Assembly (NCBI GenBank): GCA_963783575.1
Contig: CAWAOD010000002.1
Coordinates: 1 to 30,641, forward strand
Source: an uncultured Spirochaetota bacterium
GTDB lineage: Bacteria; Spirochaetota; Brevinematia; Brevinematales; JAOACQ01
Length of the DNA: 30,641 bases
Direction: 5' to 3'
The stretch's first letter is position 1. Each line of letters opens with the position of its first letter. Both the position numbers and the translations under genes were made by a program. Below the pieces are notes generated by a model. That model was given only the letters and a program-made list of their open reading frames with translations, did no database searches and had not been told where the DNA came from. Shown piece after piece: positions 1 to 9,252 of the stretch.

Positions 1-21
1 TGCAGGCTCAGGGTGCGCTTG

Positions 22-1818
22 CTATTTCAATTGAGGTATTTTATTTTTAAAATAATATTCAATAATTTTAATTGCTATAGGTGCAGCTATTCCCGAACCT
101 CCTCCTCCATGTTCCACAACAACAGTAACTGCAATAACATCATTAATATTTGTGGCGCCATAAGGGGCAAAAGCCGTAAACCACGCATGGGTTTCCTTTT
201 CTTTACCGGCTTCACCGGTTCCGGTTTTAGCGGCAATCGGGATATCAGTAACACTTTTAATCCATTTTGTAGTACCATAAGAAGTTACACCATACATTCC
301 TTTTCTCAATATATCGAATTGATCGCTTGAGAGATTAATCTTTCTTAATATTTCGGTTTTTTTCTGCCAGATTGACTGTTTGTCACTTTGTGAAAGGACT
401 TCCTTTAAAATATAAGGTTTATATATTAATCCATTATTGACAATCGACATTGTTAAAACATTAATACCAATCGGAGTAACAAGAAGATCGCCCTGCCCAA
501 TTGATATGTTCGCAGTATCCCCATTCTGCCAGGGACGGTTATATTTTTTCTTGAACCAGTCCAACTCAGGTAATAAGCCGACAGATTCTCCCGGTATATC
601 GATTTCAGTCTTTTTATTCAACCCGTAATTTTCAGCATACTGCATTATTTCTTCCCTACCGACGGCAAGACCCATAGTATAGAAATAGACATCGCAGGAA
701 TTCGCGATGCCGCCGATAAGATTTTGGTTGCCATGGACATTCCAGCATTTAAAAATTCTGTTGCCTATCTTTAAAAACCCAGGACAATTTACAATTTTAT
801 CAATAGGCAGTCCTGTCTTCAAAACGGCAGATGCAGTTACAAGCTTAAAGATCGAACTTGGCGGATATGTTCCCTGTACAGCTCTATTTAAAAAAGGTTT
901 ATCAATATTATTCTTTAATACAAAAAATTCTTCCATTGTAAAACGGTCCGAGAAAATATTCGGATCAAAGGACGGTTTGCTTACCAGGGCCAGAATTTCT
1001 CCTGTTGCGGGTTTTGAAACAATTACGGCACCGGTTTTATCCTCAAGAAGATCATACGAAAGTTCCTGTATATCCTTGTCTATGGATAAGACAAGTGCAT
1101 TCCCCGAAACGGCTTCTTTAACCTTATTTTCACTCTGAACATCACCATTAACATCTACAACTCTCTCAAGAACTCCTTCTTTTCCACGGATAGTTTCATC
1201 ATAGAATTTTTCCATACCCATCTTACCTAAAATACTACCCGAGTGATATTCGGAATTTGATTTCAGTTTTTTAAGCTCATCTTTATTGATTATACCTGTG
1301 TATCCGATCAATTGTGCAGTAGTTTCCCTAAGAGGATAAATCCTTCTCGGGCGGTTTTCCCAGTATAAACCCTTATACAGGTCATAATGTTCGGTAAAAT
1401 GGATGAGAGTTTTCGAATCGATATCATATTTTAAAACAACCGGAGTATATTTATCAAGGGCCTGTTCTTTTAAAATGGTTTCAATCTGGTCAACCCCGAT
1501 GTTTAACAAAAGCGAAGCATTGGATAGAGTTTCCTCCCTTTCCGAAGGGTCCTCGGGAAGGTTTGCCGGTATGGCTATAACGCTCATGGATTTTCTATTA
1601 TATGCCAGTTTATTTTCAGCGCTTCTATCGTAAATAACACTTCGGTATGCGGGTATTTTAATAATCTGCGTCCTGTTTTCCTGAGCCTGTCTGTAATATT
1701 CTTCCCCCCTGATCAATTGAAGATATATCAATCGCATAAAAATGATGAAACATAAAAAATAGATTATTACCGTAATGATGTTAAGCCTGATTTTTGTTTT
1801 ATATGCTAATTCCTGCAT
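22..1818 (-). CDS. mrdA: Penicillin-binding protein 2 (class B PBP transpeptidase)
   Basis: N-terminal TM anchor followed by RLIYLQLIRGEEY; PBP dimerisation region (R-x-YP, IGYTG, GKMGMEKFYD); transpeptidase motifs SxxK (SIFK), SxD (SCD) and KTG (AKTGT); GGAG RBS upstream. Confidence 0.92.
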   Translation of the reverse strand: MQELAYKTKIRLNIITVIIYFLCFIIFMRLIYLQLIRGEEYYRQAQENRTQIIKIPAYRSVIYDRSAENKLAYNRKSMSVIAIPANLPEDPSEREETLSNASLLLNIGVDQIETILKEQALDKYTPVVLKYDIDSKTLIHFTEHYDLYKGLYWENRPRRIYPLRETTAQLIGYTGIINKDELKKLKSNSEYHSGSILGKMGMEKFYDETIRGKEGVLERVVDVNGDVQSENKVKEAVSGNALVLSIDKDIQELSYDLLEDKTGAVIVSKPATGEILALVSKPSFDPNIFSDRFTMEEFFVLKNNIDKPFLNRAVQGTYPPSSIFKLVTASAVLKTGLPIDKIVNCPGFLKIGNRIFKCWNVHGNQNLIGGIANSCDVYFYTMGLAVGREEIMQYAENYGLNKKTEIDIPGESVGLLPELDWFKKKYNRPWQNGDTANISIGQGDLLVTPIGINVLTMSIVNNGLIYKPYILKEVLSQSDKQSIWQKKTEILRKINLSSDQFDILRKGMYGVTSYGTTKWIKSVTDIPIAAKTGTGEAGKEKETHAWFTAFAPYGATNINDVIAVTVVVEHGGGGSGIAAPIAIKIIEYYFKNKIPQLK

Positions 1819-1858
1819 TTATTACCGACTCCTCAACAAGCATGCCCCAAATATAGTA

Positions 1859-3841
1859 TTATACTAAAGAAACAGGATCAATATCTATTTCTAAATAAAG
1901 ATGCCTTGAAAATGAACTGATTTTGAAAAATTCTTTTATTACCCTGATATCTTTATTTATCTCATTGATATAATTAGACTTAATAATTATATGATACCTA
2001 TAGTTATTTTTCAACTTTTCTATTGGACAACTGACAGGACCAAGTATTTGAGTGCCGGGGCTTAATTTAATAGTATTATTGATATATTCTTTAAGCTTTT
2101 GGACAAATTCAATCACCTTCCCCTGATTTTCACCGCGTATAACAAGCCTGCCGATCCTTTTAAAAGGAGGATAATTGAAAAGCCTCCTTTTTTCTATTTC
2201 AATCCGGAAAAATTCACTGTAATCCTGCTTCGCTGCTGTAGTGATTGAGTAATGATCGGGAAGATAGGTTTGAATTATTGCTTCACCCTGTACATCTCTT
2301 CTTCCCGCTCTTCCTATAACCTGCGTCAGCAGAATAAATGTCCGTTCCATAGACCGGAAATCCGGTATATTCAGTATTATGTCCGGCAGAATCACCCCAA
2401 CAAGTTGAATTCCGGCTATATCATGACCCTTGGCGACCATCTGTGTTCCGATAATAATATCGGCTTCCCTGTTCTTAATTTTTCCAAGAATCTCCAGGTG
2501 GCTGTTCCTTTTCCTGGTTGTATCAAGATCCATTCTCTCGATTCGGTAATTTGGGAAAAAAGATTCAACCATAGATTCAAGTTTTTCCGTACCGCTTCCC
2601 AATTCCGAGATATCAGAATTGCCGCAGCTTGGACAGATATCAGGATGGTTCTGCGCATGCCCGCAATGGTGACAAATGATTTTCCCCAGGGTTTTATGAT
2701 AATTCAGAGATACATTACAGTTCGGGCAATTGAATACATAACCGCAATCTTTACAAATCAATACCGGTGAAAAACCTCTTCTGTTTAAAAATAGAAGGAC
2801 CTGTTTCTTTGATTTTAGAGTTTCCATCATATCCTTCAATAATTCTATCGAGATAAGACTTTTTTCTTCCGCCTTATCCTTCATATCGATTATTTTTACA
2901 CTGGGCAGCTTTATATTGCCATATCTATTCTTTAATTCGATTAAATGAATTTCTTTTTTTAATGAATAATAATAAGTTTCAATCTGAGGCGTTGCTGAGC
3001 CCAGAACCAGTGTAGCACCAAGAGTCTTAGCCCTGCGGTATGCTACCTGCCTTGCATGGTAACGCGGAGAATTGTTGGATTTATAGGAGTCTGCATGTTC
3101 CTCATCAATAACAATCAAACCCAGGTTCTCTACCGGAGAAAATACAGCCGAACGGGGGCCTATCACAACATGAGATTTTCCCTTCAAAGCTTTCAGCCAT
3201 TCCCCCAGCTTTTCATTCTGAGTCAGCTTACTATGGTATATAGATACTTCATCACCGAAGCTTTCATAAAATCTTTCAAGGTTTTGCGGCGTCAGGGCAA
3301 TTTCAGGAATCAATATTATCGATGATTTTCCAAGATCAAGAGCCTTCTTAACAAGGTGTTTGTATATTTCTGTCTTCCCGGAACCGGTTATACCATGAAT
3401 AAGAAATGTTTCCGGTTTGCCTAAAAATTTCTCAATCTCATTATAAGCCAAAAGCTGTTCGACGTTCAATTCGGCTAATTTACCGGTAAAACTATAAGGG
3501 TGTGAATATTTTTTAGGATTTTTTGCAGAGGGAGAAATTGCAAAAAGGGCCTCACTGAAAGGACTTACATAAAATCTGCTAATCCATTGCGCTGTTTCAA
3601 TGACTTCTTCATTTAAGATCGGATCATCATCAATTATTTTCAAAATATCTTTTATCTTGATGCCTGCTAACTTTTCTTTAACATCTTTTTCATCAATTAT
3701 TTTAATTATATAACCAATAGTTTCTCTTCCGCCGAAATTGACGGATACTCTCTGAAGAATCTTAACTTTCAATTCTTCCGGAATTCTATAATAAAAATTA
3801 TTATCAAGTGGAACATTAATTGCAATTTCAGCTATAAGCAT
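1859..3841 (-). CDS. priA: Primosomal protein N' (replication restart helicase)
   Basis: Walker A GITGSGKT, LIPEIALTPQ, DEEH box, LGSATP, two pairs of CxxC zinc motifs, QVIGRAGR, C-terminal IDIDP. Start placed at ATG 3841 (MLIAEIAINVP, GGAG RBS upstream) rather than 3928. Confidence 0.96.
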   Translation of the reverse strand: MLIAEIAINVPLDNNFYYRIPEELKVKILQRVSVNFGGRETIGYIIKIIDEKDVKEKLAGIKIKDILKIIDDDPILNEEVIETAQWISRFYVSPFSEALFAISPSAKNPKKYSHPYSFTGKLAELNVEQLLAYNEIEKFLGKPETFLIHGITGSGKTEIYKHLVKKALDLGKSSIILIPEIALTPQNLERFYESFGDEVSIYHSKLTQNEKLGEWLKALKGKSHVVIGPRSAVFSPVENLGLIVIDEEHADSYKSNNSPRYHARQVAYRRAKTLGATLVLGSATPQIETYYYSLKKEIHLIELKNRYGNIKLPSVKIIDMKDKAEEKSLISIELLKDMMETLKSKKQVLLFLNRRGFSPVLICKDCGYVFNCPNCNVSLNYHKTLGKIICHHCGHAQNHPDICPSCGNSDISELGSGTEKLESMVESFFPNYRIERMDLDTTRKRNSHLEILGKIKNREADIIIGTQMVAKGHDIAGIQLVGVILPDIILNIPDFRSMERTFILLTQVIGRAGRRDVQGEAIIQTYLPDHYSITTAAKQDYSEFFRIEIEKRRLFNYPPFKRIGRLVIRGENQGKVIEFVQKLKEYINNTIKLSPGTQILGPVSCPIEKLKNNYRYHIIIKSNYINEINKDIRVIKEFFKISSFSRHLYLEIDIDPVSLV

Positions 3842-3924
3842 AGCAGATACTCCGAATTGTTTTAAAATGATGGAAACAGAATTATAATAGCTTATTGGAA
3901 GGCTAATGTAAAGAAAAAAGCCGA

Positions 3925-4912
3925 TCAAACCTTTTCATCAGAGAGAACGGTTTCACTGCTCCTTGCCAGATATCGTTGAAGCAGAATGAAAATAAAAATA
4001 AGAATGCCTACAACTATCCTAGTCCACCAGGAACTTAAAGTACCCTGAAAGTTAATAAAATTTTGTATCAGTCCGAGGATCAACACTCCCACAAGAGTTT
4101 CCTTCGATATATCCGATACCTCCTGTTAAAAGAGTTCCCCCTATAACTACCGATGCAATAACATCCAATTCAAGGCCGCTGGCCGCCGCAGCATAGCCGG
4201 AAAGTGTATAAACAGAATATATTATTCCCGCCAGTGCGCAAAGTGTACTGTTAAGAGTATAAATCATAATCTTGGTTCTTCCGACAGGCAGCCCCATCAA
4301 TAAGGCCGATTGCTCGCTACCGCCGATAGCATACGTATTCCGGCCGAAATTAGTAAAATGAGACAAATATGCTCCCAATAATACAATAAAAATAAACACA
4401 ATAGCAACAATAGGCAAATTCACTCCCTTAAACAATGGAATTCCTGCTGTAGAAATCCGGATTAAGAGAGGATGTGTAATCGGTATGGAATCAAGGCTTA
4501 CCATATATGCGGCTCCTCTGGCGAGGAACATACCGGATAAAGTAACAAGAAAAGCCGGGAGCTTAAAAAAATGTATAAGACTTCCCATCGTCATTCCAAT
4601 TATCGCACCGATTGTAAGAGTGATTAATATTACGAGAAATGGATGGTAATGATATTTCTCTATCATTTGAGCCATATAAATACTTGTGAATGCTACCATT
4701 GATCCAACGGATAGATCGATGCCGCCTGAAATAATGACAAAAGTCATTCCGACTGCAATAATTCCTAAAAAGGCATTATCATAAAAAAGATTTATAAAAA
4801 CCCTCAGCGAGAAAAATCCGTTATACATAAATGAACCGATGCAATAAATCAGGATAAAAACACACACAGTGGCCAATAAAGGTATATTTTTTCTCCTTAT
4901 ATTTATTTTCAT
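3925..4912 (-). pseudogene. yjfF: YjfF-like sugar ABC permease (copy 2), interrupted by a single extra base near 4098-4100 (real frameshift or sequencing error)
   Basis: ORF 4052-4912 has GGIDLSVGS and the EAA-loop (YAIGGSEQSALLMGL) but ends in unrelated residues after GGIGYIEG. Removing one A from GGAAAC restores TLVGVLILGLIQNFINFQGTLSSWWTRIVVGILIFIFILLQRYLARSSETVLSDEKV* (stop 3925-3927), matching the paralog at 7209-8228. Confidence 0.85.
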
Positions 4913-4925
4913 AACTCAAACTCCA

Positions 4926-5999
4926 TTAGACAATCAAATTACCGAGAAAAACTAATATAAATTTTTTAAAGTTTAAAATTATCTTTTTAAACTCCTCAGA
5001 CTGTATAAGAGAAACAACTAAAACTACAAAAGCTTTGGGAACCAATATTTGTTCTGGAGGTATGCCTCTTGTCAATATTGTTGTTGTAAGACTTTGAATA
5101 ATAAGCGTACCGATCATAGAACCTGCAATTGTAAATTTGCCTCCCCATACTGTTCCGCCAATTATAACCGATGCAATAGCGTCAAATTCCTGATATAATC
5201 CGCAATTATTACCGTCCGCACCTTTGATGTCGGATGTAACAATCAAGCCGGCAATACCGGCACACAAGCCGCAGAAAATATAAACTATCAGCTTTATAAG
5301 CTTAGTATTTAAACCCATATATCTGCTTGCCGCAGGGTTCTCGCCTACCGCTTCAATAAGCATACCCAACTGAGTTTTTCGGGTTATTCCATAAGTCAGT
5401 AATAACAGCAAAAAAACAATAACTATGGGGAATGGTATTCCGAATAATTCACCACTACCGATATATTGAAAAGATTTATGTTGAAAAATAATAATCTGTC
5501 CTGAAGTTATGAGTTGCGCAATACCTCTGCCGGTTATCATAAGAATCAGAGTCGCAACAATCGGTTGTATCCTGATATATGAAACTAAAAATCCATTCCA
5601 TAAACCGGCAATTATTGAAACCAATAAAGGGATAATTATTACTATAAAAATTGGGACCGGTACACCATATTCAAGAATACCTGCCGTATATCCCGGCCTG
5701 ATGATTATAGCCGCAACAGCGCCGGAGATTGCCATAATAGCTCCGACGGAAAGATCGATCCCGCCGGTAGCATATACAAGCGTCATACCTATTGATAACA
5801 GCATAACAGGAGCGCCCCTGTTTAATATGTCCACAAGGCTTCCAAAAAGTCTGCCATCTTTAATTTCAAGCCTGATAAAACCCTTGGTAAAAATTATATT
5901 AAACAGAATTATAAGCAAAAATGCAATAAACGGCCAGATCAATTTTTTAAGATTTATATTTGTTGCAATTCTTTTTAATAGTTCCATGTTATTTTCCAT
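4926..5999 (-). CDS. ytfT: YtfT-like sugar ABC permease (copy 2)
   Basis: Hydrophobic BPD_transp_2-type protein: LEIKDGRLFGSLVDIL, GGIDLSVG, IQPIVATLILM, EAVGENPAASRYMG, ADGNN; paralog of 8225-9250. Confidence 0.85.
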   Translation of the reverse strand: MENNMELLKRIATNINLKKLIWPFIAFLLIILFNIIFTKGFIRLEIKDGRLFGSLVDILNRGAPVMLLSIGMTLVYATGGIDLSVGAIMAISGAVAAIIIRPGYTAGILEYGVPVPIFIVIIIPLLVSIIAGLWNGFLVSYIRIQPIVATLILMITGRGIAQLITSGQIIIFQHKSFQYIGSGELFGIPFPIVIVFLLLLLTYGITRKTQLGMLIEAVGENPAASRYMGLNTKLIKLIVYIFCGLCAGIAGLIVTSDIKGADGNNCGLYQEFDAIASVIIGGTVWGGKFTIAGSMIGTLIIQSLTTTILTRGIPPEQILVPKAFVVLVVSLIQSEEFKKIILNFKKFILVFLGNLIV

Positions 6000-6043
6000 T
6001 ATTTTATTTATGTCAAAAAAACATCGGTTCTGGTTTATTTTCC

Positions 6044-7015
6044 CTAATATTTCCTTGTAGGTAAAATTTTTTTAGCTGATTCCTGCGGAAAAACATACTC
6101 CTTAGTAACAATTCTCTTAGGTATTGTTTTACCCTCTATTAAATCTTCAATGGCATCAAAGAATTGAGGACCTAAAATGGGATTGCACTCGACAGTGCAA
6201 TTAAGCTTGCCTTCTATCATTGCTTCGAAAGCATCTCTAACAGAATCGATTGAAACAATTATTATGTCTTTTCCAGGCTTTAAGCCATATTCTTCAATAG
6301 CCTGAATAGCTCCAAGAGCCATATCGTCATTATGTGAGAACAAAATATGAATGCTTGCTCCTTCGGATTTTAAAAAAGCTTCCATTACCTCTTTTCCCTT
6401 TGTTCGGGTGAATTCACCGGTTTCTGTTTTAATAATCTTAAAATCAGGGTAACTTTTCAAAATTTCCCTGAAACCATTAAATCTATCTTTTTCAGGGGCC
6501 GAACCCACAGTCCCCTGAAGTTCAACAATATTCCTTTTATCCTTCGGCGCATTACTGACAAGCCATAAAGCAGCTCTGCGGCCTTCCTCAACAAAATCGG
6601 ACCCCATAAAAGTTACCCATAATGTTTCATCCGTTTCATCAACAGCTCTGTCGCATAAAATTACAGGTATTCCGGCAGATTTAGCTTCCCTCAAAACAGG
6701 CCCCCATCCCGATTCAACCACCGGTGAGAATCCTATCACATCAACATTCTGAGCAATAAATGATCTGATTGCTTTAATTTGATTTTCCTGCTTCTGTTGG
6801 GCATCCGAAAATTTTAATTTAATTCCTCTCTTTTTAGCTTCGGAAATTATCGATTCAGTATTGGCAGTCCTCCAGGCGCTTTCTGCGCCGATTTGAGAAA
6901 AACCAACAATAATACTTTGAATATTCTTACCTTTTAAATCTCCGGCAGATAAAATATTTGTAAAGGTAATCATATTCAAAAAAATAAATATTAACCATTT
7001 ATTTAAAAATATCAT
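6044..7015 (-). CDS. ytfQ: YtfQ-like periplasmic sugar (galactofuranose/arabinose-type) binding protein (copy 2)
   Basis: VGFSQIGAESAWRTANT, SDAQQKQENQIKAIRSFIAQ, ELQGTVGS, HNDDMALGAIQAI, VECNP, C-terminal RKY; signal peptide. Start placed at ATG 7015 (AGGAGG RBS). Confidence 0.9.
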   Translation of the reverse strand: MIFLNKWLIFIFLNMITFTNILSAGDLKGKNIQSIIVGFSQIGAESAWRTANTESIISEAKKRGIKLKFSDAQQKQENQIKAIRSFIAQNVDVIGFSPVVESGWGPVLREAKSAGIPVILCDRAVDETDETLWVTFMGSDFVEEGRRAALWLVSNAPKDKRNIVELQGTVGSAPEKDRFNGFREILKSYPDFKIIKTETGEFTRTKGKEVMEAFLKSEGASIHILFSHNDDMALGAIQAIEEYGLKPGKDIIIVSIDSVRDAFEAMIEGKLNCTVECNPILGPQFFDAIEDLIEGKTIPKRIVTKEYVFPQESAKKILPTRKY

Positions 7016-7137
7016 TATACCTCCTGATAATAAAAATAATAATATTTTAGAACACATAATGTATTATTTCAAAATATCCGGCTAATAAATGTTTCTTTAG
7101 TTCTATTAATTTAATATTTATTTATTTCAAAAATAAA

Positions 7138-7169
7138 ATGCCGGGCTGAATTATAAATCACCCCGGCAT
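7138..7169 (-). terminator. Rho-independent terminator after the first ytfQRT-yjfF operon
   Basis: Inverted repeat ATGCCGGG...CCCGGCAT, followed on the minus strand by TTTATTTTT. Confidence 0.7.
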
Positions 7170-7208
7170 ATTAATAATAAATTAATTATCGAATAAAAAT
7201 CAACTATT

Positions 7209-8228
7209 TCAGCTTTCCTTAACAACATTTACAGGATTTGCATTTTCCTTCTGCTTAAGTCCAATTCGATTGGCTTCAAAGAATCTTTGCAGAATACAGA
7301 ACAGAAATACCAATAAACCAATAATTATTCTTGTCCACCAGGAATTAATCGTGCCCTGAAACATAATCAACACCTGGATTGTTCCATATACCAATACGCC
7401 GAATATCGTTCCCAGAATACTACCCACGCCTCCTGTTAAGAGAGTGCCGCCGATTACCACCGAAGCGATTGCGTCCAGTTCCATACCTTTTCCATCCAGT
7501 GCATAACCTGACATTGTGTATAATGTGAACACAATCCCGGCTAAAGCCGAACAAAAGCCGCTTACTGCATAAATTATCATCTTCGTACGCGCCACAGGAA
7601 GGCCCATTAAAATGGCCGACTGTTCATTTCCACCCATTGCATAAATTGTCCGGCCGTATTTAGTGTAACGCGCAATGTATATTCCTATAAATACGGTAAT
7701 CAGCGCTATTGCCGCACCTATCGAGATAAAATTACCGCCTAATAAATTGATGTGAAATTGCGCCAAGGCATTATAAAATGGATTGTTAATCGCTATAGTA
7801 TCAATACTTACAACATAACACAAACCTCTTCCCAGGTACAAACCGGCTAATGTAATAATAAAAGGCGGAAGATCAAAAGCCTGAATTAAATACCCCATCA
7901 TTAAACCAAGCAATGTTCCTATTATCAGAACCACCGGCAGAACAATTATAATGCTTAAATGCGACTTTTCCATGAGGCTTGATGTTACCATTGTTGCCAA
8001 GGCAAGCATGGAACCTACAGACAGGTCAATGCCGCCTGATATAATGACAAATGTCATTCCCACGCCCAGTATTAACAGATAGGCATTATCAATGAACAGG
8101 TTGAAAAAATTCTGAACTGAAAAGAAGTTTGTAAAAGCAACCGAACCTGATCCAAACATAACAATAAACAGCCCAATAGTTACAAAAGTTGGTAGATTTC
8201 TGGCATTTATCAAAGATTTCTTATTCAT
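7209..8228 (-). CDS. yjfF: YjfF-like sugar ABC permease (copy 1)
   Basis: GGIDLSVGS, YAMGGNEQSAILMGLPV, ELDAIASVVIGGTLLTGG, FQGTINSWWTRI; overlaps the upstream stop (ATGA coupling). Confidence 0.9.
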   Translation of the reverse strand: MNKKSLINARNLPTFVTIGLFIVMFGSGSVAFTNFFSVQNFFNLFIDNAYLLILGVGMTFVIISGGIDLSVGSMLALATMVTSSLMEKSHLSIIIVLPVVLIIGTLLGLMMGYLIQAFDLPPFIITLAGLYLGRGLCYVVSIDTIAINNPFYNALAQFHINLLGGNFISIGAAIALITVFIGIYIARYTKYGRTIYAMGGNEQSAILMGLPVARTKMIIYAVSGFCSALAGIVFTLYTMSGYALDGKGMELDAIASVVIGGTLLTGGVGSILGTIFGVLVYGTIQVLIMFQGTINSWWTRIIIGLLVFLFCILQRFFEANRIGLKQKENANPVNVVKES

Positions 8229-9250
8229 GCTGACAGCTCCTTTCTACTAAATATTCCAGTTACCTTCGAACGGAATTTTTCAGACTGCAGTAAACAGATT
8301 GCATAAACAACTATAGCCTTTACTACCTGCGAAATTTCCGGCGCCACATTAAATGCATAGATAGTTGTTGTAAGTGTCTGAATGATCAAGGCGCCTACCA
8401 TACTGCCCAGAAGGTAAAACTTTCCTCCGTTAAGTGATGTTCCGCCAAGCACAACAGCCAATATGGCATCCAGTTCAAATAAGTTACCGGCATTATTTCC
8501 GTCAGCGCTTCCTACAACCGAACAGACGATCAATCCTGATACACCCGCGCAAAACCCGCTGAATGTATAGCACCAGAAAATAATATTCTTGGCATTTATT
8601 CCTGAAAATCTTGTTGCCGTTGGATTTATTCCCACAGATTCAATAAATAAACCCATAGCTGTTCTTCTTGTCAATATTATAGTTAAAATTAATACAACCG
8701 CTACAATGTATATATCAAACGGCAGACCCAGCAGGTAACCCTGGCCAAGATAAAAGAACGGTTTGTGATAGAGCCAGATGATCTGCGCATTCGTAAAAAC
8801 CATGGCTATACCGCGGCCGGCGACAAAAAGTATCAGCGTTGCTATAATAGGCTGCATACCAACTCGTGAGACCAGCATCCCATTCCACATTCCGGCTAAT
8901 ATTGAAATCACCAAAGCGGCGAGCATACAGATAAAAAGAGGATGAAGTGAAACCCCCTTCAAATCTCCCCCGATTAAAACCGCTACGGCGCCGGCTGAAA
9001 TCGCTACCACCGAACCGACAGATATGTCAATTCCATGCGTCGCAATCACAAGTGTCAGCCCTATTGCCAGAAGCATAATCGGGGCGGCATTCTTTATAAT
9101 ATCAATAAGATTGCCGTAAAGATGCCCTTCTTTTATTTCCATGGCGAAAAAATTTTTGGTAAAAAACAGGTTAAATAGTAAAAGTATTCCAAGAGCAACC
9201 AAAGACCATATAATTCTGGAACTTGTAAAACGCTTCCAAATATTGACCAT
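8225..9250 (-). CDS. ytfT: YtfT-like sugar ABC permease (copy 1)
   Basis: GIDISVGS, MQPIIATLILFVAGRG, ESVGINPTATRFSG, ADGNNAG, ELDAILAVVLGGT. Confidence 0.9.
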   Translation of the reverse strand: MVNIWKRFTSSRIIWSLVALGILLLFNLFFTKNFFAMEIKEGHLYGNLIDIIKNAAPIMLLAIGLTLVIATHGIDISVGSVVAISAGAVAVLIGGDLKGVSLHPLFICMLAALVISILAGMWNGMLVSRVGMQPIIATLILFVAGRGIAMVFTNAQIIWLYHKPFFYLGQGYLLGLPFDIYIVAVVLILTIILTRRTAMGLFIESVGINPTATRFSGINAKNIIFWCYTFSGFCAGVSGLIVCSVVGSADGNNAGNLFELDAILAVVLGGTSLNGGKFYLLGSMVGALIIQTLTTTIYAFNVAPEISQVVKAIVVYAICLLQSEKFRSKVTGIFSRKELSA

Positions 9251-9252
9251 AC

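Noticed and set aside
1..16. CAGGCTCAGGGTG resembling the tail of a REP-like element
   Set aside because: Truncated by the window edge and too short to support.
3842..3928. N-terminal 29-aa extension of PriA in the ORF track
   Set aside because: The non-ATG start overlaps the restored yjfF stop; ATG 3841 has an RBS and gives a normal PriA N-terminus.
5509..6060. 183-aa plus-strand ORF, and the other short ORFs antisense to or nested in the called genes (e.g. 13-330, 707-1138, 2252-2770, 12167-12601, 27286-27744, 28668-29072)
   Set aside because: All overlap well-supported genes on the opposite strand or in another frame and have no independent coding evidence.
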